From the NCBI GenBank assembly GCA_964035545.1, contig OZ037772.1:9355150-9419149 (forward strand): a stretch of DNA of 64,000 bases. Direction: 5' to 3'. Shown one piece after another: positions 39,932 through 53,382 of this stretch (position 1 is its first letter; the number at the start of each line of letters is the position of its first letter). The stretch comes from Bugula neritina. Taxonomy: Eukaryota; Animalia; Bryozoa. Below the pieces are notes generated by a model. That model worked only from the letters and a program-made list of their open reading frames with translations, had not been told where the DNA came from and did not search any database. The position numbers and the translations under genes were made by a program.

Positions 39932-41786
39932 CTTGTTCAGAATATGATGATGAAGTTAAAGCTTACAAAATATTTCCAATTATATTTGTATCAATACTGT
40001 AGCAACTAGCAAGAAATGATTTTGAGCCAAGCCAAAAACAAAATGCCAGAAACAAATAACTTCTTCTAAATAAAGTTTATTATTCTTGAAACTGAAATTA
40101 CAACATAAGTTGTACGATCATGTTCAAACACTGGAAAACTATGTAAAGCAGCAAATATGATATTTTTGTATTATTATATTATATATCATTCTTATATGAT
40201 CCCAAATTATATAAATGACACACTCTTGCTGTAAACATGCCTAGGGGTTTCTATAATAGTATATTACAAGTATGGTATAGTATTTATCTTATATAATGTG
40301 TGAATTGCAGCAAATTATATATAAATTCCTTGTTAGGAATCACTAGTGATAGCCAATCTGTGCCAAATACAAGTAGATGTCCAAATAAACTCCTTTGGCA
40401 AAAAATTGACTATGACATATAACAGAAGCATATTGCTCTAAATGAAAAAAGAGAGTTTAAAGTAAGCAGTAAAGGTGTAGTCATTGTTTAGTTCTATGGC
40501 CAAGAGAGGCGATCTCCAATCTATTAGTTAAACACAATTATGTTATAACTAAACAAAGCTGGTGAAATGTATACAACAGTGATATATTGAACTCATTACC
40601 ACTACTAGTAGATACCGATCACAATTTAAAACAAAATAAAAATACATATTGACAAGTTTTCACAGAAGGTTCACAGCAATGTAAATAATACGTGCTACAA
40701 CAACTAATTAATTACACAATACAATGTAGTGCCTATAATATAGTAGTGCCAAACTGAATAGTTTATATATCCTTTAAGACTGAATAAATAACTCACTAGT
40801 AATACTACTAGTACTAGTACTACTACTACCAACACTACTGCTATTACTGCTTCTGCTACAACTACTACTGCTATTACTATACTAGGCCTACCACTACTAT
40901 ACTGCTATTACTTCTGCTAGTACTGCTACTACTGCTATAATGCCAGCACTACCACTACCACTAGTACTACCACTACCACTAGTACTACCACTGCTAATAG
41001 TACTACTACTACTGCTACTACTACTACTACTAGCTGACAATATCAATATGAATATTACTATCAGTATCATACGCTTACAAAACAAATATTACCAGTAGTT
41101 TAAGTATAAGTAACACTGCATTACTATTAGTATTACTATTACTATTACTGAGTATTAGCAGCACTATTGCTATTAGTATTAGTATTAGTATCAGATTTAG
41201 TATTACTATTAATATTAGTATTAGAAATACTGTACACAAGTGATGTACTACTACTAGTAAATCTTATACTTAAGTTATATTATAATTATTATTTATATAA
41301 TATTATTATCATTACGATTATTATTATTAATACAAATACAATAGTAATTCTAATAGCAAACTCGCACATTTTGCATTATGATTAATGTATCAGTTGATAT
41401 TAACTTACAACAGACACAAACTATACACTATACCAGGAAACCAATATTCAACAATATAGTGTAGGTCAACTACTCACCGGTTAAATTGATGATAACTAAC
41501 AAGCAGTATGAGTATGACTACTCCGTGAAATTGAATACAATAACTCAGCTGTTGGTCAGTTCGATCTCTTCATGAGTATCAAAGCAAATACAAATTAAAA
41601 TACACTACTCGGGACTACAGACTTGGTTCCTAGTTGTTAGTAGTTTTCTACGTAAATTTACACTAATGTGAAGCTTTCAATGCAGCTATTGATTTAAGGC
41701 TAGAAAGGGGAAGTCCCTGGCTATTGCGACACGGAGAACCCACTTGAAAGCGGTAGTACTAAATGTTTAGCTCAATATAAACAGGG

Positions 41787-44700
41787 TATAGAATGACACT
41801 CTTTGCTATGACTCTTGCTTTAGAGTGACACTCTAGCTTATACAGCCTGACTAGGAATAGGGAGGGTTTTAGACGTGATCAGAGTTTATTTGAGTCACCA
41901 AATGTTGATCAAATACTGACCAAACACTGACCAAACACTGACCGTAAAAACTAAAATAATAATGATACAACATAAGGCATAAGGCAAACAAAATGTACGT
42001 AATATAATAAGTATGTATGTAAAAGCACTAGCAATGTATATCATAAATTGTAGATAGCAGCATGAAATAATGATTCAACATAGCATGCAACTACAGCCCA
42101 TATTATTAAAACTTTATAACATAAAAATGTAATCACAATATATATATATTTTGTAAATAGTAGTTTATTACCTCTTTTCTCTCTCTCCTAGTCTACTGTT
42201 ATGTTAATGCTGTGGCTTTGCACAGTCTTTCAAATAATGCTACTCTTTAGTAGTCTTACATAAACTTAATGCTGTCCAAACTGACAGCATGACTCTAACA
42301 ATCTTGCAACTACTAAAAATGGTTTTGTCTTATATACTAATCCATTTGATAAACATTATTGTGTTGTAAGAGGTATGATTTTACAATTTACTATTTTGGG
42401 GTGGGATCTTACTGTTTCAAGAAGTGGGCTGAAGTAAACAAGCATGTGTGACATCACAGCTGATGCAAGCATAACTGCTGACTATGAATCATTCTACATG
42501 CGTAGCTACTGTTTTGGGGTAGTAATTAAAGAAGCATTAGGTTGACTACTGGCAGCTAGTGGTTATAGGCTAATTTGAGGTTGATGACATTGTGATTGTG
42601 TGTGATTGTACTACAAGTTATAATTTCTGTAAACATCCTATTTCGTAACATTACACTCCCCCCTTTAATTTCTCTCTATTCACTTAGAGGGAATTAACAA
42701 TTATATTATTATGCATTTAAAATACTAATGTAGGTATGCATGCAAAGGTTATGGGGTAAATAGGTAAATTAATTTGTGGATAGGCCTATCTAAGTATGTG
42801 GGTGGAGCTAGTCTCACATCTTTACTGTTCAACTCTGTAGTTGCTAGTTGTACTTTTACCTTACGAATTAGGTCATCTCAGTTTTATGTGTTTCTATCTT
42901 ACTTACACAATTGTCTTTACTTAGCCTGTAATATTCATCTAAAAATGACTCTTTTTGTACCCACTGCATTATAAGATGTTTAGCATCTGTCAAGTCAATA
43001 ATTGTGAGTCTGGGAGTTATGCTACCTTTATGCTTTACTAATCTTTTTCTTTTTGGGGTGATACACGCCAAAGTGGGGAATGTACCACTGATGGTTGCTT
43101 GCCTCACAAGTTGTAGGTACCAATTCTGCATCGCCATTGTTTGTTATGTCTGTCATGAATGCCACGTAGTCTGTTCCATATTCCTGGTCTTTAAGCATTT
43201 TAGTTTTGAGGGTATCAAGTCTGTGCACAGCTAATTGTCTATTGTTTGGTAATTGTGGCTTAGCATTTTTAAAGGGCAGTGGCATGCTGTAATAATTGTC
43301 TTCTCTTTGTTTAATATTGTTACGCATGTTATCTAAAAACTTGGCATCTTCCTGTGACATTTTATGAGAAGCAATGCACTTTGTGTCAGTATAATCTTGC
43401 TGTAGGACATTCAAGATATCTGAGCACAAGTTCTGCTCATGAGCCATAGCCCTATTGCATGTGGGAAATGAGTTTGTTTCATGCTTACCACTATTGCCTA
43501 CAATACACCATCCTAGAGGTGTTCTCAGAGCAAAGGGATCATTGATTGCAGGGCCTATTTTAGTTTCAAGTGGCACTAAAGCTCTGGAGTTGTCATACCC
43601 TATAAGCATTCCTATCTCTATATCTAAACTTTGAGGTATTTCACCTGCAATGCATTTAAGGTGTGGCCATCTATTGGCAATTTCTGGTGTGGGTATGTGC
43701 TGCTTGTTAATTGGAATGCTGTCCCTACTGTAAGTCTTTCCTACTTGTATCTGCTCATGCATGTTCAGTCCTCTAATGGTCAAGTTATTGTACACCTTAC
43801 ACTTCATTTCCAAGTTGTCAGCTGTCATTGTTGTTAGTTTAAGAGAAACTGGTTTGCTTGTAGCTGTTTGTAGCTTACTAACAACTCGGTTGGTTACAAA
43901 TGTGGTATCTGACATGCTATCTAAGAGTGCATAAGTTAGCACTTCCTCATCTGGGTTATCTACAGTTGCTAGGTATATAGGCACAACCATTGAGCACAAG
44001 CCATTTGTTTTAGTCACTGTATTGTTGCTGTTAGCTGTTACTTGCTCTGGGTTGTTGCTACTTGCTAATTCATTTACCTGCACTGTTTCTACATTGGTAT
44101 TGCTGTTGTTAGCTTGTGTAGCTGGCTGATTGCTTCTATGTGTTACAGTAGGATGCCTTTTTTGGCATATTTTACAAGTAGCTCTATTTCTGCATTCTTT
44201 TGTCATGTGACCTATTCTCAAGCAACCAAAGCATAATCTTTTACTAGTAATGAACTGTTGTTTTTGATCAACTGGTATGCTAGCCAGTTTTCTACACTCA
44301 TGTGTGCTATGATTACTGTAATTGCAGTAGAGGCATAGTTTAGCTTTGTGATTTTCTGTACTTTTAACATCAGGAGAATGCTTTTCCATGCTAGTAGCAA
44401 AGCTAATGCCCTTGTTGTTGTGCTTTTGAGGCTTATGTGAGTCTATGACCCTTGAACCTGACAAAGATGAAGTGATTGGATCATTTAGGATTTCTGCTTC
44501 TGTTTGTACAAACTTTACAAACTGACTAAAACTGGGGTAACTCCTGTGATTTTTCCTATGTGTGGTTACCTCCCGCTTCCATCTGTTTATCATGTTATCT
44601 GGCAGCTTGGACATGAGCTCAAGATTCTTTTCGCAATCATTTAAAATTTCCAACTCTTTAATATCTTTTGCTGCTATTTCGCAATGTGTGAGGAAGTCAG

Positions 44701-47240
44701 AAAATGATTGTATCTGCTTATGTTCATGTGGTTTCATTTTGGGCCAAGCATTAATTTTCTTTCGAAATTCATTAGCAACTGTGAATTCTGACCCAAATCT
44801 TTCTTTCAAAATTATTCTGGCCTTTTGGTATGCTGCTAGTGTATGTAAACTGCATAGGCCACTAATTGCTTCTCTAGCAGGTCCATCAACATGCTGTTTC
44901 AAGACATACATTTTACCACCATCACCTATCATTTTATCCTTGATGTAACTCTCTATGGCATATTCCCAATCTATAAAGTCTAAGGGATTTCCCTTAAATA
45001 TTGGTGGCTTCGGCACATTGTTGGCTTGTATTGCTTTTGTTAAGCATGTGGCCAGGTATTCATTACTGCATGTAGAATGCTGTGATTCATTGTTTTGCAT
45101 GCTGCCTATTTGCTGTGGTTGGTTGCTTTGCAAAACTTCTACTGGCCTACTAAAAATAACTTCACTATTGCTTTCCTGATTCACTATTGGTTGGCAATTA
45201 TCTAAATACTCTGCTAGCTCATCTCTAACATCTACATCATGTTCCTCTATTATTTCCTGCCTTATTCTCAGTTGTTTCTGTTTTTCTAACAGCTTACTTT
45301 TACTTAATTCCAACTGGACATTGGCTAACTGCCTTTCTAGCTCAGCCTGTCTTTGCATGGCTTCCATTTCAATTTCTAATTGTGCAACTTGCAATTTTGT
45401 CTTGGCTGAGATGAATGAGCTTGCTTTTGATGTGTGTTTACTGCTAGCATGTACTGAATGGCTTTCGCCCTTACATTGTTCATGTATACTGTTAATTTGC
45501 TGTGTTAAGTCCTCAAGGTGAGGATGACTTGGAGCTAATGACTTTAGAATTGCTAAGTCAGCATCTGCATCTAACATAATTCGTTGTATGTCATCCCAAA
45601 ATTCATTATCATGATTGTCTGTTGCTGCATGCCTACTTCTAAACCTTTTAATTGCACTTGTGACAGATTTAAACCTTTTTTCTACCTCTAATTGTTTTCC
45701 CTTTGTAGATAGGGTTTTGACTCGGCTGCTAATCCTAATGCTATTACTACATGTGGATGTGTCATCATTCATTGTTGCTGTGTTAGTAATAGAGACAGTT
45801 AGTGAAAAGCATGCATTTACTTACTACAGCTATTTTATAACCTAAATTCAGTAGGAAAACTAGTTTGAACTAGTTTGTCAAGAACTATCACTAGCCAACA
45901 GCTAATGCAAACAAACAGCTGATGCCAGCACAGGGATTGCACCCAACTGCCCAATCAGAAACAGGGAGATCCTAATTGATTTTATGGGGCTTTGACACAA
46001 TGTCTATCAAATGGAGTTTCTATAATTACAATACTTCAAAAAATAAAACTGCATGCAAGCCTAACTGTTCTAATAACTTTCAATTCGACTATTTTCTTTA
46101 TAATTATGTCACTTATATGTGAAGGTGAGGGTTATATGGTAATCTCTCACCAATCTGCTGATTCCAGGTCACCTTTGTATGTAGTTGAGAGTAGTTGAAA
46201 ATAATCCTGATAAATGTTAGTAATGTTTATATAGTTGAGGTGGGTAGAAGTGAGGTTCTCTTTGTGGTCGTCTTATGTTTGTCGACTTCTTTTGTTGGAC
46301 TTGAGATGGAGCTTTTTCTCCCGGACTTGAGAAAGAGTTTTTACTCCCAGACTTTGAGAAAGAGTTTTTACTATAGAATGACACTCTTTGCTATGACTCT
46401 TGCTTTAGAGTGACACTCTAGCTTATACAGCCTGACTAGGAATAGGGAGGGTTTTAGACGTGATCAGAGTTTATTTGAGTCACCAAATGTTGATCAAATA
46501 CTGACCAAACACTGACCAAACACTGACCGTAAAAACTAAAATAATAATGATACAACATAAGGCATAAGGCAAACAAAATGTACGTAATATAATAAGTATG
46601 TATGTAAAAGCACTAGCAATGTATATCATAAATTGTAGATAGCAGCATGAAATAATGATTCAACATAGCATGCAACTACAGCCCATATTATTAAAACTTT
46701 ATAACATAAAAATGTAATCACAATATATATATATTTTGTAAATAGTAGTTTATTACCTCTTTTCTCTCTCTCCTAGTCTACTGTTATGTTAATGCTGTGG
46801 CTTTGCACAGTCTTTCAAATAATGCTACTCTTTAGTAGTCTTACATAAACTTAATGCTGTCCAAACTGACAGCATGACTCTAACAATCTTGCAACTACTA
46901 AAAATGGTTTTGTCTTATATACTAATCCATTTGATAAACATTATTGTGTTGTAAGAGGTATGATTTTACAATTTACTATTTTGGGGTGGGATCTTACTGT
47001 TTCAAGAAGTGGGCTGAAGTAAACAAGCATGTGTGACATCACAGCTGATGCAAGCATAACTGCTGACTATGAATCATTCTACATGCGTAGCTACTGTTTT
47101 GGGGTAGTAATTAAAGAAGCATTAGGTTGACTACTGGCAGCTAGTGGTTATAGGCTAATTTGAGGTTGATGACATTGTGATTGTGTGTGATTGTACTACA
47201 AGTTATAATTTCTGTAAACATCCTATTTCGTAACATTACA
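41787..47240 (-). mobile_element. Internally deleted BEL/Pao LTR retrotransposon
   Basis: 869-bp LTRs at 41787-42655 and 46372-47240, apparently identical; 5-bp TSD CAGGG; PPT AAAGGGGGAG at 42656-42665; empty site at ~23912. Confidence 0.95.
43028..45772 (-). CDS. BEL/Pao Gag-protease polyprotein truncated at the start of RT
   Basis: 914 aa with FKGNPLDF, three Cys-His knuckles (CLYC, CFGC, CKIC), protease YALLDSMS and RT start WYIPHFGVYHPKK. Only remnants follow (LIMQWVQKE; IRKVKV...RPIHKL). Confidence 0.9.
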   Translation of the reverse strand: MNDDTSTCSNSIRISSRVKTLSTKGKQLEVEKRFKSVTSAIKRFRSRHAATDNHDNEFWDDIQRIMLDADADLAILKSLAPSHPHLEDLTQQINSIHEQCKGESHSVHASSKHTSKASSFISAKTKLQVAQLEIEMEAMQRQAELERQLANVQLELSKSKLLEKQKQLRIRQEIIEEHDVDVRDELAEYLDNCQPIVNQESNSEVIFSRPVEVLQSNQPQQIGSMQNNESQHSTCSNEYLATCLTKAIQANNVPKPPIFKGNPLDFIDWEYAIESYIKDKMIGDGGKMYVLKQHVDGPAREAISGLCSLHTLAAYQKARIILKERFGSEFTVANEFRKKINAWPKMKPHEHKQIQSFSDFLTHCEIAAKDIKELEILNDCEKNLELMSKLPDNMINRWKREVTTHRKNHRSYPSFSQFVKFVQTEAEILNDPITSSLSGSRVIDSHKPQKHNNKGISFATSMEKHSPDVKSTENHKAKLCLYCNYSNHSTHECRKLASIPVDQKQQFITSKRLCFGCLRIGHMTKECRNRATCKICQKRHPTVTHRSNQPATQANNSNTNVETVQVNELASSNNPEQVTANSNNTVTKTNGLCSMVVPIYLATVDNPDEEVLTYALLDSMSDTTFVTNRVVSKLQTATSKPVSLKLTTMTADNLEMKCKVYNNLTIRGLNMHEQIQVGKTYSRDSIPINKQHIPTPEIANRWPHLKCIAGEIPQSLDIEIGMLIGYDNSRALVPLETKIGPAINDPFALRTPLGWCIVGNSGKHETNSFPTCNRAMAHEQNLCSDILNVLQQDYTDTKCIASHKMSQEDAKFLDNMRNNIKQREDNYYSMPLPFKNAKPQLPNNRQLAVHRLDTLKTKMLKDQEYGTDYVAFMTDITNNGDAELVPTTCEASNHQWYIPHFGVYHPKKKKISKA

Positions 47241-47703
47241 CAGGGGAAGTCCCTAACTTATCACATGATTAACCTCAGGATCCAGTAGTAGCTATACTAT
47301 TAATATAGTAATAAGCGTATGTAATTTGTTGATGATAGGCATCACTATAGTGAAGTATTCCAATGAAAAAACATTAATCATGCCATGACAAGCTCACTTA
47401 CTAGTTATATATCATTGTCTGAAAACAATCATGATGACAGTAACACTATTGACTTTGACTGCTAACTGCTGATATTACTGCTGCTGCTACTATACTAGCA
47501 GTAGTAGTGGAGCTACTATAACGGTATATTATACTGAGATGATATACTATATGAAGTATAATATATACTGAGCTGGTATAGGCTACAGTTTCACGTGAAA
47601 AATTTGTAAGCTTTAATATTAGGCCTGCTTATGTAATTAAAATGACTATATCAATAATGAATGTGCAAGAAGATCTTTAAGATTATACTATTTTCAACAT
47701 GTT

Positions 47704-50700
47704 TTAAAGAGTATGATAAGTGAAAGCACCTTGAAAAGACACAACATATATTTTCTTCAATGACTTAGCTGCTATGTAGATGAGTCCATTAGAATCTGCA
47801 CAGAGACTGTCTCCACCTTCAATATCATCACATGTCCAGAGTTCAACCAGCTGTCCATTCTCTATTTTATATTTCTGTAATTTACCTCCACAAACTCCTA
47901 ACAAATCACCATCTGGTAAAAACCTCAAACCAAGCAACTCGCGACAAGTTCTGCTCGTTTGTTGAGATATGAAGTCATAAAGTATCAAATGGTTAGTTTC
48001 TGGATTGTTTACTGCAATAAATCTGTCTGATACTATCATAACCCCAACTGCATCACTTGATCGTTCAAACCGAAACAATTCTTTTCTCTTTGTGATGTCA
48101 ACAGCCAAACACATCTCTACCTTGCACACACTTTGTGTTCTATGCAGTATGAATACATTCTGATGATGCTCGACTACTGATGCAACTAATTTCATATCTG
48201 TGCTGCATTCAACCAGTTTGCTCTCACCTCCAAGGAGGACATATAATCCATCACTTGTACCTACGAGTACATCTCCATTTTGTCTATAGCAAGCAGCAAG
48301 ACACGAACTACTTGTCTTATGTTCAGATATGAATTTCAGTGATGATGGAACTGTCACCAGATTTGCACTCAGCAGTGATGCAACTCTCCCATCTGTATAA
48401 TAGATAGATACTAATCATTATTAGCCTTGTGCTGCTATTTGATTTTAAACATTTATATATTTCTTGGAAGGTAAGTGTCAATTAATTTTATATATTCATA
48501 CAGACAAAAGGACTGATGGCTTAACAGCACCAACTTATCTAGCAATATAGCTCTAATTTATTTATAATTTTATAACAAAATTTAAAAGCTCGAATATTGA
48601 GAACTAAAAAGTTTAAGCTGCAGCTTAAAAAATTGCATCAAGTGTTTGAATATTCGATATAAATGGTAAATTTTAGGCAAAAACCCATTTATTTAATTAT
48701 TATTGTTTATTCATAAGCCTGCAGTATACATTATGTTATAGCTAATAATATACCTTAAAAAAGATTGTAATACTTGACTTACACGCTTGGCTTAGAGCTT
48801 GAGGTTTACTGATTGTGAATTCATCAGGTTTTATCTTACTGACTTCATTGGTAATTCTCTTTTTCTGCTTCACTTTCTCAGTCACATGGCTATTTTGAAT
48901 CAAACTATTTAAGTTGAATTGCACTTTTTGCAATTCATTTCTATTCAACATCAGGTTGGTGTAACAAACTTCTACCTCATTGGTCACTTTTTTCCTGTGA
49001 CCTATGACCTTTTTCATGAGTTCTTGACTTTTTTCCTTAATTTTCTTTATCTGTTAGAAGTTGAACATTCCCTATTTTTTATTTATTAAACAATTTTTAG
49101 CAAACATGCTATTTTATTAAAAGTTAACTTTAAATTATAAAATCAAGATAGCCACATTGCATGAGGCTAAAAGCACAAAATTTAAACTCACCCCTCCTTT
49201 GCGCAACTTTCGGATCTGCTTTACAAGTTTTTCACACGTCTGTTCCTGGTCATCCAGTTCTCTCCAAATCTTCTTGTCCAGATCATACACTTCATTTATC
49301 TTTTCTGTTGTAGTCTGAAGTTGAGTCTGTAGATATGTATTTACTTCCTCTTGCAAAGAGGAAAGAGACTTGAAGTGGTGTTGATCGGCCTCTATATAAA
49401 ATAATAAAATTTTAGTTGAAAATGTAAAGTTTACTTGCAGGTTCAATACAGTTTATCTTTCCAATAGACAACAGAAATATTTTTTTTGCTTTGTATTTTT
49501 TAGATACATCTTGCATAATTATAGCAAGTATTATAAATTGAATATACTGGTAATATATTTTCATTTTTGTTTTTGTTTTTTTTTATGGTAGTATATAAAG
49601 GTTTCATCTCACTCAGACGATTCCCACTTAGACAATTCCCACTTAGACGATTCCCACTTAGACGATTCTCACTTAGACGATTCTCACTTGGACACTTTTT
49701 TTATGTTGGTACAATATATATAGTAATATACATATATAACTGTTGCATTTACTGCTAAATATGAATAAGCTACCAAGCCAGCTATTTGCTTTAACTCAAT
49801 ATTAGTTTAGCTACAGTTTATTTTATTTAGGTTATTCAGGTAAAAATGGTACTATAAATATGGCACAGGCAATAATAGAAAATTTGGTTAAAATGACATA
49901 TTTTTAACATATTATAGGGGTTTGGGAAAACTTATCTGAACAACTATATGATCTGGACTCAACAGACCACTTATGACACATGACATCCATTTTGAATTTG
50001 TTTCAAATCATACCTTTGAACTATAAAAAAAACTCATGCAAGTTTATAGTCACTATCTCTGTGAGAAGCCCCTGATAGAAGGGGTTTTTGCTAAAGCAAG
50101 CTAAGGATTTATTTAAATGAAGCACAGGAGCAATTATGACTGGAGGCTCTTCCTAACATCACCGATAGTCTTTGTCCGGGCTCAAACCCATGACCTAGGC
50201 AAACGCTCTAACTTCGAGACCAGGAGTGCTATACCTAGCTTTAAACGATACAGTAACATTAAAAAATTTTCACTTCGTATTTTCATGAAGTGAAATAGAA
50301 TTTTTACCTTTTGATGGCCAGTACAAAGTTTGTCTCCACATGTAATGCAAAAGCAAGTGGCAATTTGACCTTGACATCCATAAGCTGTACAATATAGCAT
50401 ATCCAAGTCGGGCTTGTAATCTTTAGTTTCAACTTTCTTTAGTTCTTCAAAGTTGAGGTTTTCATGTACCATCCTGTAATCACATGTGTATTTTCATACC
50501 TTGATTCTTATAGTATAATAGTTTTTCTACAGGGAGCAGAGCATATTTTTAACATTCTATCTATTTTGTGATGGTTTTAACTTAAACCTACAGAAAAACG
50601 TTGAGAACTAAGATGAGACTGTCAGCCATTGACAGATAAAAACTTCATCTTTGCTTCAACTTGACTCTTTCGTTGGCAGTCAAATAAAAGTTGTAGGTAT

Positions 50701-50922
50701 ATAAACCATATACTATATATGAAAATTCAATTCCTTATAACTCACTGACCCACAATTAGGACACTTTACAGAGCCTTGTTGGTTGTAGTATCCTTCAATA
50801 CAACTCAAGCAAAATACATGCTGACAAGGCAGCTCTCTTGGATCTGTCATAGACACTGTTCTGGATGCACAGAAACCACATTCATACTCTGGGGGTAAGT
50901 GTTGGGCAGCCATCTTGTTCAA
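47704..50922 (-). pseudogene. TRIM-like gene copy E, a recent duplicate of C lacking the B-box2 exon and the last exon
   Basis: Near-identical to C. The junction at ~49930 removes the equivalent of ~28400-29133 and the junction at ~47586 removes the equivalent of ~24278-26090. Confidence 0.85.
49611..49694. repeat. 15-bp tandem repeat (ACTTAGACGATTCCC) x ~5.5 in the MITE subterminal region
   Basis: Direct observation; about 2.5 copies at the paralogous 28126-28162. Confidence 0.9.
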
Positions 50923-53193
50923 AATATTACGATGGAGTCAAGATCTAAAACCTTAGGCAGCTAAATAAACAGCTAAGATGTTTTCAGGTTTGATAAAATA
51001 ATATATGAGATACAAATAATGCAAAACTGCTATTTATAGATGAAATAAACATCAAAGATTAGTTTTAGCTCAAATTCTATAGATATCAATAAGACAAATC
51101 TAGTATAACTTCCAAACATTGCAGAACAAGTAAATAAACAATAATTGATTTTTCACTAAAATTAAAGGATTTATGTAATGAAAAGAAAGTCTTTAAAAGC
51201 AAGACAGGTCTTTCTTTAAAACTGAATGCATGCTTTCAATGACAATTTTGTTTAGTATGTAAAAAAATCCAAGTATAAAATAAAATTTGCACTAACTGAC
51301 AGTTGGGCAATCAATCAACAACTCTATCTCACAAATATCATACCTACCTTGAAGAAGGATTAATGACCGCTGGTTTGATTGCGGCAGAAATACCACCATG
51401 CAAACAGTCAGGCAATCTACTTATATATAATACGAGATTAATTTTTTAAGTGCAGGTAAAAGATTTACCTAGTAGTAGCTAAAATATAAGCCAACTGCTA
51501 GTATAAACTGCTACAATGGCTATGTTTTAGAATGTTATACTACCTGTAATCAGCAGCTATATTCATTAATGTAAGCAAGTGTAATGCTTAAGGTTAATAA
51601 GCTAGTCATAGAGTTAGTACCATATTGACTGTATCTCAGAACATTTATTTCTCAATGCACAGGGTTAAACTAATAAAACCTATAATCAATAAATATAGTG
51701 CGGAGGCTAAAAGGGGAACCCCCAATTTATAAGCTAAGCACAATCACTTAGATTATCAAATTCAATAGAGTGTCTCAATAGAGTATAAGTGATGTATTGA
51801 ATTGTAGCACAATACAAAATATTGATTACAGCTAAACAATAATATATTATATTTAGGTTAATTGTGTGTTCACCTGCTTATAAATAACTTTAAATATACA
51901 GCAGGTAATAGTAAACTAGGCTTAAGCTGCACACATTTAGTTATCCTTCAGCACAATGCTATACGGATATATCAATATATAGGAGCTTTTATTTGTTGAA
52001 TTATCAAGCTAATTGCATGCCTTTTAAAAATGCAGCGTCATTGTATAAAATGTTGTAATGTGCTATTTTACAAAATTAATATAGAAATACTGTTTTTTTA
52101 TTTCGTTTGGTAATTGACCATATCATAGTTTATTGATGAGAATTACTAGCTTGTTTTTATTCTCAAAAAGCAGCTTATATAATGATAAGGTGGTTGGGGC
52201 AATGACTATAAGTGAACACAAAGCCATAGGTTCAAATTGAAGTGAAGCTATTGCAGATGTTAAGAAGAGCATTCAGTCATAACAGTTTATACTTTGCCAC
52301 AATAGAAAACAAGTTCTTACCAACATATTGTAGTGAATTTTGCCAGTTCACTATTATTATTTGTGGGTCTACTTAATCAAAGCCACTGCGACAGGTTGTT
52401 TACGATAAGATACTTTATTATTTACACAAATACAAGAAGGTTATTTACTGCTAGCATGAATAGAAAACGATTACATAATTAGTGAGCTTTAATACACAAC
52501 TGTTCTAAATGAAGTCCCAAGCTGCTCTGCCGGCTAGCTACTCAGCGCACTGCAACTACGAGTAGCTAGCTCCACCTGCTATCAATTAGTGTCACTGTCC
52601 TGATTGGTGGCTACTAATGGTGCCACTACTGTCCATAGTTACACTCCGACAGTGTCGAACTCACAAGATACATAAAACAATATAGAGTAAACCTTTTCGA
52701 TTAATACAATATACTTGCACCACTAAAATCTACCACACTCGCCACACCTATCGAAAAGTACACTCTACGATTGATGCACATAATCTCAAAAAAATAACAA
52801 AAGGAATAAAGGCAAAATAAAACAAAAAGATCAAAACCACCAGGAATGAGAGAACACAAAATATGTATTCAAAACGATGTCCATGTTGTACACGATCGAT
52901 CCGGGTCAGTCACAGGGTAGGGGGGGGGAATCTCTTCACCAAATGATGTAGGGTAGCATGAACTTAGTGAAAAGGAGATGTACTGCTTCACACTCGTCTA
53001 GTCGAAGCCAAGCGATGGGGGAATCGATGAGTCCCCAGAAGAATCAAGCGTGGCAAAGGAGTCTCTCCCAAAGGGGGGAGAGAGTGGAAGGAATCTCTCC
53101 AAAGGGGGGAAAGATGGAGGGGGGGTTGACTGGTCTCTTTACTACCAACGTCTACCTCGTCGCCGTCGAATTCCCAAAAGGAAGAAAGGGAAG

Positions 53194-53382
53194 ACTTCTT
53201 CTTCTTAACTTCTATTTTTCTTTTTACTTCATGCAGGAATCTTTAATATTACTTCTTTTTCTTAACTTCTATTTTTACTTTTTAACTTCATGCAGGAATC
53301 TTTAGTATTACTTCTTCTTCTTAACTTCTATTTTTACTTTTTAACTTCATGCAGGAATCTTTAATATTACTTCTTCTTCTTA
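53194..53382. repeat. 59-bp tandem repeat (~3.2 copies) in the 3' UTR of Gypsy 3
   Basis: ATGCAGG recurs at 53231, 53290 and 53349. Confidence 0.92.

Noticed and set aside
49611-49694. Short direct repeats resembling a CRISPR array (also 53194-53382, 46297-46372)
   Set aside because: Head-to-tail repeats without unique spacers, eukaryotic context, no cas genes.
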